Shown here: positions 15,766 through 24,176 of the stretch, in pieces
How positions within the stretch are numbered: position 1 is the first letter of the stretch
Layout: every line of letters starts with the position of its first letter
Source of the DNA: a bacterium
GTDB lineage: Bacteria > Hydrothermota > Tepidihabitantia > Tepidihabitantales > Tepidihabitantaceae
DNA length: 64,000 nt
NCBI GenBank assembly: GCA_035505375.1
Contig: DATJQV010000081.1
Span: 30,596-94,595, forward strand
Reading direction: 5' to 3'
Translations under genes and position numbers: made by a program
Notes under the pieces: generated by a model
What the model was told of the DNA's origin: nothing
The model's database searches: none
The model's input: the letters and a program-made list of their open reading frames with translations, nothing else

Positions 15766-18270
15766 CTACTGGCTCGACATTACCAGTCGCTTGTGGATGC
15801 GGTCGGTCTTGCCTGAGTGCTCATAGTCGAGCACGTACTCGTAGGTGCCCGGCGCGACATGACGGCTATCGTCATTGGTTCCATCCCAAGGTACGATGTG
15901 GACACCGGCGGTCATTGGCACTTGGTCATTGGTCATTAGTCTACGTACTCTCTCCCCGGCACGGGTGTAGATGGTCAGGCTCACCTTGCCGGCTTCGGGC
16001 AGGCCGATGACAAACGAGGTGCTAGTGCTGAATGGATTCGGGAAGTTGTGGATGGAGAAGCCCGGCATTAGGGTCAGGTTCAAGACGGCTGTGTCCGCAA
16101 CCAGCGTGTCATTGCCCAGGCGCCCGGCTATCAGGAACGTCCGTTGAGCAAGCGACGCCGTATCGCCTATCAAACCAGAAGACGCCGTCACATCGAGCGA
16201 GAACCAGCATGACTCGCCTGGGGCGACGTAGCCAAGGTCAGGTATTCCGTCACCATCCGTGTCCGTCAGGTCCTTCGCGCCGGCCGCGTCACGGAGCCAG
16301 ACGTTCCAACCCGCCGACGCGGACGGCCGCGCCACTTCGACAACTCCGCCAGTGTCTCCCTGAACCAGAGCATAGAATCGATAGGTCTTGCCTTGGCCGG
16401 CCTGGAGCTGGTCCGACTGGTCCGGCCCTATCTGCAACGACTGCGGATACGTCTGCACCGAAGAGCTGACCTTGTCGTTGGCACGGTTCACATCACTCGC
16501 CAGCATCGTCGAGCAACTTACCACCCATTGACCCGGCGGCGCTACCCATTCTGAGAACGTCAGGTCCATGGTGGAGTCAGGCGAGAGCGCCTGCGTTACA
16601 GTCACCGTCCTGCTATAGCCCGTACTGATGCGGAACTGCACCCCGAACAATCGCTCCGCAGTGGTTCCGAAGTTCTTGATTCTCACCTTCGGCATCGCGG
16701 TGTCGCCGGCGCGCAACAAGCCAGGCGGCGCGAGAATCGCGACCGCCCCGACATCGTGCCTCGGCGGGCCGTTCACCTGAATCGACTCTCTGAAGGTATC
16801 ATTGGCCGGTTTCTGGTCACCGGCCAGCGACGTGTAACACGTGACCGGGACTGAACCGACCGGACCCGCAGTCCACGCAGGGAACGCCAGTGTTTCCTGC
16901 GGCACCGAGACCAGCGTCTCCTGTACAGTTTGGGAATAACCGGAGCCGATTTCCATCGTCACCGGGAGTGTACCCGAAGTCAGACCGAAGTTGCGGACGA
17001 CAGCACGCGGGACATACGTGCTACCTGAATCGGCGATTCCGGGTGGCGACAGAATGGCTACCGGGCCGACGTCGAGAACGCCGTTGGTCTTGATGAGAAA
17101 GACGTCATCGCTTCCTGCACCGGCCGAGGCGGTGTAGCCCGCGACGACGTAGCCGCCATCGGCGGCCTGCCGGACCGAGTAGCCTTCGTTGTCGCCCCTG
17201 CCGCCATAGGTTCTGGTCCAGAGCGTGTCGCCCTGAGAATCAGTCTTGACGAGATAGACGTCACCGGGTCCTACAAAATACTGGGAGAAGGTCGCGCCGA
17301 CAATAATGTAGCCACCATCGGCAGTCTGCTGGACCGAGGAGCCGTACCCGCCGGGCGCTCTCCCATACACTCTGGTCCAAAGAGTATCGCCCTGAGCATT
17401 GGTCTTGATGAGATAGACATTAGAGTTGGTAGGTGTCCCCGGACCGAAGGAAGAGGTCCCGCCCCCGATGATATAGCCGCCGTCAGTAGTCTGTTGGACT
17501 GAGTTGCCCACGTCATCGCTTGTCCCGCCATAAGTTCTGGTCCAGAGCGTATCGCCTTGGCCGTTGGTCTTGACAAGGTAGACGTCATACCCCCCTGCAC
17601 CAAACGAGCCGGTACTGCCGGCGATGATGAAGCCGCCATCGGCAGTCTGACAAACCGAGTTCCCCACATCGGTGCTGGCCCCGCCCAAAGCTCGGGTCCA
17701 GAGCGTATCGCCTGAGCTATTTGTCTTGATGAGATAGACATTGGCGCTGTTCGGTGTGCCGGGACCGAAGGAGTAGGTGTAGCCTGCAATGACGTAGCCG
17801 CCATCCGAAGTCTGCTCGACGGAGTTGCCCACTTCGTCATCCAGCCTGCCAATAGCTCTAGTCCAGAGTGTGTCGCCATGAGCGTCGGTCTTGATGAGAT
17901 AGACATTGGCGTAGTCGGGCGCGCCCGGGCCAAAAGTGTTGGTGTAGCCCGCGATGATGTAGCCGCCATCCGAAGTCTGCTGGACAGAGTAGCCCTCGTC
18001 ATCGCCTGTCCCGCCATAGGTTCTGGTCCAAAGCGTATCGCCTTGAGCGTTAGTCTTGATGAGATAGACATCATAATTCCCTGCACCAAAGGACGCAGTC
18101 AGCCCCGCAATGATGTAGCCGCCATCCGAAGACTGCTGGACAGACCGGCCCTCGTCGTCATCTGGCCCGCCGTAGGTTCTCGCCCAGTTCGTCTGGGCAG
18201 AGGCAATCGAAGCAAGGCAGCCAGCGGACAGCAAGACGCTGACCACCGGCAAGACGCCGATCCTCATCAC
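15766..18270 (-). CDS. Large secreted repeat protein: about 7 tandem ~50-aa beta-propeller-like units, CARDB-like domains, T9SS/FlgD-like C-terminal domain
   Basis: 834 aa. Signal MMRIGVLPVVSVLLSAGC. Repeats of GDTLWTRTYGG..DD.G.SVQQT.DGGYIIAG.T.SFG.G..DVYLIKTN. C-terminus ...LTIYTRAGERVRRLM...VPWDGTNDDSRHVAPGTYEYVLDY. Confidence 0.8.
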   Translation of the reverse strand: MMRIGVLPVVSVLLSAGCLASIASAQTNWARTYGGPDDDEGRSVQQSSDGGYIIAGLTASFGAGNYDVYLIKTNAQGDTLWTRTYGGTGDDEGYSVQQTSDGGYIIAGYTNTFGPGAPDYANVYLIKTDAHGDTLWTRAIGRLDDEVGNSVEQTSDGGYVIAGYTYSFGPGTPNSANVYLIKTNSSGDTLWTRALGGASTDVGNSVCQTADGGFIIAGSTGSFGAGGYDVYLVKTNGQGDTLWTRTYGGTSDDVGNSVQQTTDGGYIIGGGTSSFGPGTPTNSNVYLIKTNAQGDTLWTRVYGRAPGGYGSSVQQTADGGYIIVGATFSQYFVGPGDVYLVKTDSQGDTLWTRTYGGRGDNEGYSVRQAADGGYVVAGYTASAGAGSDDVFLIKTNGVLDVGPVAILSPPGIADSGSTYVPRAVVRNFGLTSGTLPVTMEIGSGYSQTVQETLVSVPQETLAFPAWTAGPVGSVPVTCYTSLAGDQKPANDTFRESIQVNGPPRHDVGAVAILAPPGLLRAGDTAMPKVRIKNFGTTAERLFGVQFRISTGYSRTVTVTQALSPDSTMDLTFSEWVAPPGQWVVSCSTMLASDVNRANDKVSSSVQTYPQSLQIGPDQSDQLQAGQGKTYRFYALVQGDTGGVVEVARPSASAGWNVWLRDAAGAKDLTDTDGDGIPDLGYVAPGESCWFSLDVTASSGLIGDTASLAQRTFLIAGRLGNDTLVADTAVLNLTLMPGFSIHNFPNPFSTSTSFVIGLPEAGKVSLTIYTRAGERVRRLMTNDQVPMTAGVHIVPWDGTNDDSRHVAPGTYEYVLDYEHSGKTDRIHKRLVMSSQ

Positions 18271-18273
18271 GGG

Positions 18274-18302
18274 ATTCTAAGATTCGTGGACGGCGATGTC
18301 AA
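18274..18302 (-). promoter_or_regulatory. Near-consensus sigma70-type promoter placed for a leaderless or near-leaderless transcript of the 15766-18270 gene
   Basis: The reverse strand reads TTGACA (18302-18297), a 17-nt spacer, TAGAAT (18279-18274), then ccc GTG ATG (ATG at 18267-18265). Confidence 0.5.
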
Positions 18303-18559
18303 ATCGGCGGGTCGGACGGCTGACAGCTAGCGGCTCACGGCCGGAGGCCTTGGCGGGAGCCACATCTGACGTGAGTCAAGGGTCAGAGGCCAAGAGCCAA
18401 GAGGCAGAACGCAGAGGGATGCCGACGAGATCGCAGACCTCAGCCGGGAACTAACCTCGGCGCGGACCCTGTGGGCGGCGTTCACGCTCGCGGTACTGGT
18501 CTGGGGCGGCGCGCAGATTCACAACTCACACTGAAAGACGAGCGCGGAGTGAGCGAAGG

Positions 18560-19501
18560 AGCGCCACAGTAGTCATGGCTTGGCTCCGCTTTAGCGCAAA
18601 ACAGGACTTCAAGGCACGCACGTCTACAGAGCTACTATGCAACACTAACTAGTCAATCTAACTTCAATGATTACGTGTCTTACGTATACAGCCGCAGCTA
18701 TTTCTTCTACCATCACTGGCTTCTACTAGACCGTCTACCAGACCGTCCGGTAGACCGTCTGGTGGACGGTCCAGTAGTGGGTCCAGCGGTCAGACCTGTG
18801 GTTGGTATCGTAAACCATAGTTAGATTCGACCGGTAGTCTAACTATCGGATGGACTGACGGTTGCACTACTGGGTGGTATTCTGAGCGGACTATGGGTTG
18901 GTCTTGTGGATTAACAGGCAGACGGTTTGCCGATTGAACCTGCGTACGGACCTCAGAGCAGTACGGATGACTGTCTGTAGGGCGGTCTAGGAGACTGTGA
19001 GTTAAACGCTATGCCGGACTAGGCCTGGCTAGATGCGTGCGGTCAGGCTTCGGGCTTGGTCAGCGGGGGTGACCAAGCCGGCGAGGTGGCGAACCGTTTG
19101 TCAGACAGCACCGGTATGGCTTGGCGGTGTCTGCGAAGAGGAAGTCGAGAATTCCCCTCGAACTGTGTTCAAGGGAGCGTAGCAGGATGAATCTGAAGGA
19201 GCCATTGTCGGTGCGTCCGGGCGTGCGGCGAGTTGAGCTTTCGGGCGAGCTTGGCAGGGAGCAATGCTCTGAGCAGTTGTTTGAGCGATGCGAGGTCCAC
19301 TGGCGGGAGCATGCGAAGATGCAGGTTGAGGTCGACGTGGAGGTGCAGTTGGGATTCCGGTTGGATGAGCTATGCAGTTAGCCATGGACGATGCCATGGA
19401 AGGAGCGATGCGGCGTGCGATGTGAGGTGCTGTGTTCGCGTCTCTGCCGAGTCTGCGGTTCTGACCTTGGCGCTCTTGGCGGTTGCGACAGCCCGGGTCT
19501 T
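18560..19501 (+). repeat. 12-nt phased degenerate array C (65 units, 18722-19501) preceded by an AT-richer flank (about 18560-18721)
   Basis: Units stay in register with no indel. Early examples: tctactagaccg (18722), tctaccagaccg, tccggtagaccg. Later examples: cgtagcaggatg (19178 = 18722 + 38x12), aatctgaaggag, ..., cgatgtgaggtg (19418). The left half has consensus TC-N8-GG with stops in all frames. The right half has consensus C-N8-GAG/GTG. Confidence 0.85.
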
Positions 19502-19565
19502 GCGGCTCCTAGATTCCGGCCGGAGAATCTGCGTTATCTGCGTAATCTGCGGTTGTGCCTCTCGG

Positions 19566-19616
19566 TCGGGCTTGGGACACGATCCCAATTGCGGACAATT
19601 GGGTCATGTCCCCGCC
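19566..19616 (-). repeat. GGGACA hairpin element, intergenic copy
   Basis: The reverse complement reads gcggggacatgacc-caattgtccgcaattg-ggatcgtgtcccaagcccgacc. Confidence 0.75.
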
Positions 19617-19827
19617 CGGAACCACGGCATGAGCCTGCTTGTGTCTGTCTGTGTTCATCGGTGTTATCAGTAGTTGCTCTGAGAGACCCTTCGACTCCGC
19701 TTCGTTCCACTCAGGGTGACACTTCGTGTCGTCTGCGGCATCCGCGTAATCACCGGGTACTGCCCGGACCGGGACCGGGAGGGCTTGACTTTTGCTCTTG
19801 TCCGAATATCCTACACTGTCTGATTAT

Positions 19828-20460
19828 ATGCACAGAGCACCCGGTTACATTATCTTTGTACTGGTTCTGGCGGGAACAGCCCTCGCTCCACCGGTGCCGA
19901 TTCCCCTGTCTCAGCAGCCCGTGCCGACCGGGACTTCGGCCCGTACCGTGCTGATATTCCTTCCCCAGCAGTTGTTCTCGGGCGAGGAGTTTGAGCCGGC
20001 GCTGGCGCAGCTTACGCGGGCCGGATTGCAGACCCGGATTGCCGCAATGAACACGGGCATAGCTTCGAGCCTGGACCAGGTGCTGGTGAACACCGACATC
20101 ACCCTGCGTGACGCAGGCGTGTCGGATTATGCCGGGCTCGTGCTCGTCGGCGGGTCCGGGGCCGCGCTCTACTGGGACGATTCGCTGGTTCAGGCCAAGT
20201 GCCGCGAGTTCGCGGATAATGGCAAGGTCGTTGCCGCCATCGGCATCGCGCCGGTGACGCTGGCCCGCGCTGGAGTGCTGAAGGGCCACACGGCGGCCGT
20301 GTTTCACGACCGTGACGCCATCAACTGGTTGAAGCAGGGCGGTGCGAGGTTCAGCTTCAAGAACCTGGTGATCGACCGCAATATCATCACCGCGGCCACT
20401 GACGACCAGGCGCGCGCCTTCGGCAAAGCCGTGGCCTCGGCGGTGCTTGAGACCAGGTGA
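19828..20460 (+). CDS. DJ-1/PfpI-fold (class I glutamine amidotransferase-like) protein, apparently lacking the nucleophile Cys; N-terminal signal/anchor
   Basis: ...YAGLVLVGGSGAALYWDD...GKVVAAIGIAPVTLARAGVLKGHTAAVFHD...NIITAATDD. The canonical A-I-C-H/A-G-P elbow reads AIGIAP. The start is set at the ATG at 19828 (MHRAPGYIIFVLVLAGTALA). Confidence 0.7.
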   Translation: MHRAPGYIIFVLVLAGTALAPPVPIPLSQQPVPTGTSARTVLIFLPQQLFSGEEFEPALAQLTRAGLQTRIAAMNTGIASSLDQVLVNTDITLRDAGVSDYAGLVLVGGSGAALYWDDSLVQAKCREFADNGKVVAAIGIAPVTLARAGVLKGHTAAVFHDRDAINWLKQGGARFSFKNLVIDRNIITAATDDQARAFGKAVASAVLETR

Positions 20461-20461
20461 C

Positions 20462-21013
20462 ATGCGCGTGGCGATTCAGAGGGTGACGAGGGCGAAGGTC
20501 ACGGTCGACGGCGAGACCATCGGCGAGGTCGGGCCCGGCATGCTGCTCCTGGTCGGCGTGGGCCGAGAGGACAGCGAGGAAACGTGCCGGCGGATGGCGT
20601 CGAAGGCCGCCCGGCTCAGGATTTTCGATGACGAGGCAGGCAAGATGAACCGCTCGCTGCTCGACACCCACGGCCAGGCGTTGGTCGTGTCGCAGTTCAC
20701 GCTCTACGCCGATACGAGCCGGGGACTGCGACCGTCGTTCACGAACGCGGGTGAGCCGACGCGGGCGAAGGAGTTGTACGAACGATTCGCGTCCGAGCTT
20801 TCGCACCTGGGTGTGCCGACCCGTACCGGCCGGTTCGGCGCCCACATGTCCGTCGAGCTGGTTAATGACGGGCCGGTAACGTTGATGCTCGAAGAGCCGA
20901 GTCAAGGCCAGGGGTCAAGGGGTCAAGGACTCCAGGATTCCAGTCCGAGCACTCGACCCCTCGAATCCTCGAATCCTGGAACCCTATCCGAGAGGAGCGC
21001 TGCCAGTGGTTAA
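20462..21013 (+). CDS. dtd: D-aminoacyl-tRNA deacylase with a ~35-aa low-complexity C-terminal read-through tail
   Basis: MRVAIQRVTRAKVTVDGETIGEVGPGMLLLVGVGRED...ALVVSQFTLYADTSRGLRPSF...MSVELVNDGPVTLMLE, then a tail encoded by word repeats. The stop overlaps the yicC start. Confidence 0.85.
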   Translation: MRVAIQRVTRAKVTVDGETIGEVGPGMLLLVGVGREDSEETCRRMASKAARLRIFDDEAGKMNRSLLDTHGQALVVSQFTLYADTSRGLRPSFTNAGEPTRAKELYERFASELSHLGVPTRTGRFGAHMSVELVNDGPVTLMLEEPSQGQGSRGQGLQDSSPSTRPLESSNPGTLSERSAASG

Positions 21014-21881
21014 GAGCATGACCGGCGTAGGCCGGGCCGAAGCGATTCTGCCGCCGTGGGGCTCGAAGATTGTCGTTGACATCCGCTCGGTCAACCACAA
21101 GTATCTGGAGCTGGTGGCCAAGCTGCCGCCCCAGATTGCCGCATATGAAGGCGAGGTCCGCGACATGGTCCGTCGCCGCGTGCGCCGCGGCTACATTCAG
21201 TTGCAGGTTTCGCTCGACGAGAGCGCCGAAGCTCCGACCCTCGCGCTCGACCGCCGTATGGTGCGCGACTATCTCCGTTTGTCGCGCGAGCTGCAGACGA
21301 AGTACCGGATTCCGGGCGAGGTCGACATCAACACCGTGCTCGCCTATCCCGGCATCGTCGCTCCGCAGAAGGCCGACGCCGACCACGGCAGGCTCTGGAT
21401 CAAATGTCGCGCCGTCATCGCCCAAGCTCTGAACCGGCTGGTGAAGATGCAGCAGACCGAGGGCGCGGCGCTGATCAGCGACCTGAAGAAGCGCGTTACC
21501 AAGATACGGAGCGCGGTCCGCGCCATCGAGCAGCGCGTGCCGGAACGCCTGAAAGAACGACGCGCTAACCTCATCGCCCAGCTCAAGGACTTGAACGTCG
21601 AGTCCGACTCCAAGCGCATCCTCGAAGAAGTCGCCTTCATCAGCGAGAAAGTCGACATCCACGAAGAGTGCGTGCGCCTGAAGAGCCACTGCTCGTTGTT
21701 CCTCGGCGCGCTCAGCTCGTCAGCGGCGTCAGGCAAGAAGCTCGACTTCATTGCGCAGGAGATGCTGCGTGAGACCGACACCCTCGCGGCCAAGGCCCGC
21801 GACATGATCATCTCGCGCCGGGCAATCGAGATAAAGGGCGAGATCGAGAAGCTGAAGGAACAAGTGCGGAATGTCGAATAG
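21006..21881 (+). CDS. yicC: YicC family stress-induced protein
   Basis: (M)VKSMTGVGRAEAILPPWGSKIVVDIRSVNHKYLEL... and C-terminal ...DFIAQEMLRETDTLAAKARD...IEIKGEIEKLKEQVRNVE. The GTG start at 21006 overlaps dtd by 8 nt. Confidence 0.85.
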   Translation: MVKSMTGVGRAEAILPPWGSKIVVDIRSVNHKYLELVAKLPPQIAAYEGEVRDMVRRRVRRGYIQLQVSLDESAEAPTLALDRRMVRDYLRLSRELQTKYRIPGEVDINTVLAYPGIVAPQKADADHGRLWIKCRAVIAQALNRLVKMQQTEGAALISDLKKRVTKIRSAVRAIEQRVPERLKERRANLIAQLKDLNVESDSKRILEEVAFISEKVDIHEECVRLKSHCSLFLGALSSSAASGKKLDFIAQEMLRETDTLAAKARDMIISRRAIEIKGEIEKLKEQVRNVE

Positions 21882-22587
21882 GGCAAGTACGAACTCCGAA
21901 CGCCGAACTCCGAAGTCCGGGGCCCCATCTTCGGCGGTTGGCGTTCGGCATTCGCCCTTTCTGATTGTGCTCTCTTCGCCGTCCGGCGCGGGCAAGACGT
22001 CAATCAGCCGCGAGGTGGAACGTCGCGACCCGGACGTCTTCTACTCGGTATCGGCCACGACTCGGCCGAAGCGGGATGGCGAAGTCCACGGCCGCAGCTA
22101 CTTCTTCTATTCGAAGAAGCAGTTCCAGCGGCTGGAAGCGAGAGGTGGCATGATCGAGAGTGCCAGTGTCTACGACCACCGGTATGGCACTCCGAAGGCG
22201 CCGGTCCTGCGCAATTTCCACGAAGGCCGCGACGTGGTTGCCGACCTCGATATCCAGGGGATGCGCTCGTGCCGGAAGGCGCTGCCCGGCATGGTCAGCA
22301 TCTTCATCACTGCTCCCGACTCGGCCGAGCTCGGCCGGCGGCTCCGCAACCGCGGCACCGATTCGACCGAGGCCGTGAAGCGGCGGGAGGCCGACCGCGA
22401 GATGGAGCTGGCCGCAATCCCCGAGTTCGATTATCTGGTGGTCAACGACCGGCTGCAGCAGGCGGTCGACGACGTGATGGCGATTATCCGGGCCGAGAGG
22501 CTGCGGACATCGCGAATGAGTCCGACCGCACCCCAATCCCTAACCCCTAACTCCCAGTCCCTAGATCGAAGGAGGCCACGGAAATGA
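21871..22587 (+). CDS. gmk: Guanylate kinase with repeat-encoded N- and C-terminal extensions
   Basis: ...FLIVLSSPSGAGKTSISREV...YSVSATTRPKRDGEVHGRSYFF.... The ATG at 21871 overlaps the yicC end. The stop overlaps the next ATG (ATGA at 22584-22587). Confidence 0.9.
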   Translation: MSNRASTNSERRTPKSGAPSSAVGVRHSPFLIVLSSPSGAGKTSISREVERRDPDVFYSVSATTRPKRDGEVHGRSYFFYSKKQFQRLEARGGMIESASVYDHRYGTPKAPVLRNFHEGRDVVADLDIQGMRSCRKALPGMVSIFITAPDSAELGRRLRNRGTDSTEAVKRREADREMELAAIPEFDYLVVNDRLQQAVDDVMAIIRAERLRTSRMSPTAPQSLTPNSQSLDRRRPRK

Positions 22588-22862
22588 AAATAGTCTCACC
22601 CGAAGCACTGAAGAAGGTCTATCCGAACAAGTATCTGGCGGTCAATATCGCCGCTCTCGAAGCCCGGCATGTCATCGAGGGAATGCACAAGGACGAAATC
22701 ACGTTGCCGGTCAGCCCGTACGAATACGCGCTTGAACGGACCCTGAAGGGCGAAGTCAAGTGGGCAAGGATGACTGAGGCGGACATCGAGGCGCTGGCCC
22801 GTGAAGGCTTCGAGGAGCCGCCCATCAGTCGGATGCCGTTCCTCCCGCCGCCGACGCTCTAG
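22584..22862 (+). CDS. rpoZ: Probable RNA polymerase omega subunit
   Basis: 92 aa. NKYLAVNIAALEARHVIEG resembles the NRF.LV..AA.RARQL omega core. It sits in the conserved gmk-rpoZ-coaBC position. Confidence 0.55.
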   Translation: MKIVSPEALKKVYPNKYLAVNIAALEARHVIEGMHKDEITLPVSPYEYALERTLKGEVKWARMTEADIEALAREGFEEPPISRMPFLPPPTL

Positions 22863-22883
22863 TCCCCGGCTGGCGCTCTGCCG

Positions 22884-24176
22884 ATGGTTCTGCGAACCAG
22901 CCGCGCTGCCCGGTCGCGTAGTCCCAGGCCGCACCACGTATTGCTCGGCGTCACCGGCGGCATCGCCGCCTACAAGGCGCTCGAACTGGTGCGGCTGTTC
23001 CACAAGGCCGGCTGGGATGTCCAGGCAGTGATGACCGAATCGGCCCGCAAGTTCGTCGGCCCTGAATCGTTCCGCGCCCTCACCGGACACCCGGTCGCGC
23101 TGGAGCTCTTTCCCCGAACTCGTCCGACCAGTCCGACGAGTCAGACCGGTCAGACTCCAGGTCGCATCGAACACGTCGACCTTGCGACCTCGGCCGACCT
23201 CGTGGTCGTTGCGCCGGCAACCGCCAACATCATCGGCAAGCTCGCCTCAGGAATTGCCGACGACCTGCTCTCAACGCTGCTGCTCGCGATTCCGAAGAAG
23301 ACGGTGCAGGACGGAAAGGTCATCTTCGCGCCGGCGATGAACATGAACATGTGGCAGAACCCGGCCGTCGCGGCCAATATCAGGCAGTTGTCCGCGGCCG
23401 GGTACCGGTTCGTCTCCCCGGGCGAAGGCGAACTTGCCTGCGGCACGTCCGGCCCCGGCCGCATGGCCGAACCCCAGGTCATCTTCGAGCAGTGCCGCAC
23501 GGCCCTCCGCGTCAGCCCGTCCCCAATCGGCCATGCTCCGCTGTTCGCCGGCACCCGGGTTGTCGTCACTGCCGGCCGTACCGAGGAGCCGCTCGACCGG
23601 GTGCGCGTAATCACCAACCGTTCGTCCGGCCGGATGGGAGTCGAACTCGCCCGCGCTTTCCTCGACGCCGGAGCCGAAGTGCGGCTCATTGCCGGAGAGC
23701 TGTCAGTGCCGCTGCCGACGGGAGTCACGGTCATTCGGGCCACGACTACTGAGAAGATGCTCAAGAGTGTTCTTGCCGGGCTTCCTCGGACCGACGTGCT
23801 GGTGATGTGCGCCGCGGTGGCCGACTATCGCCCGGTCCATGCCGCACCCGGCAAGCACCACGAACCCGCCATTACGGTCCGGCTCGAACGGACGCCGGAT
23901 ATCCTGAAAGAAGTGAGCCGGCGCCATCATCATGCGCTCGTTATCGGCTTCTCGCTGGACGATTCTGCGGCGCGGGCGCGGACCAAGCTTGAAGACAAAC
24001 GCCTTGACCTGATTGTCGCCAATCCCTTCGCCACCGCCGGCTCGGGCGCCATCAGAGCCCGGCTCGCCACCCGCAGCGGGAGGCCGCGCAACCTGAAGCC
24101 GATGTCCAAACCCGATTTCGCCCGCGTGCTCGTGGGCGAGGTGGCGGAACTGCTCCACGGAAGGACGAAGAAATGA
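22884..24176 (+). CDS. coaBC: Bifunctional phosphopantothenoylcysteine decarboxylase / phosphopantothenate-cysteine ligase
   Basis: HVLLGVTGGIAAYKALELVRLFHKAGWDVQAVMTESA...VVAPATANIIGKLASGIADDLLS...ITNRSSGRMG...AAVADYRP. Confidence 0.9.
   Translation: MVLRTSRAARSRSPRPHHVLLGVTGGIAAYKALELVRLFHKAGWDVQAVMTESARKFVGPESFRALTGHPVALELFPRTRPTSPTSQTGQTPGRIEHVDLATSADLVVVAPATANIIGKLASGIADDLLSTLLLAIPKKTVQDGKVIFAPAMNMNMWQNPAVAANIRQLSAAGYRFVSPGEGELACGTSGPGRMAEPQVIFEQCRTALRVSPSPIGHAPLFAGTRVVVTAGRTEEPLDRVRVITNRSSGRMGVELARAFLDAGAEVRLIAGELSVPLPTGVTVIRATTTEKMLKSVLAGLPRTDVLVMCAAVADYRPVHAAPGKHHEPAITVRLERTPDILKEVSRRHHHALVIGFSLDDSAARARTKLEDKRLDLIVANPFATAGSGAIRARLATRSGRPRNLKPMSKPDFARVLVGEVAELLHGRTKK

Noticed and set aside
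18722-19501. CRISPR array as an explanation for the periodic arrays (also 2133-2360, 31471-31746, 32064-32423, 51705-52112).
   Set aside because: The period is 12 nt with no alternation of conserved repeat and unique spacer. Units are degenerate throughout. No cas genes are in the window.
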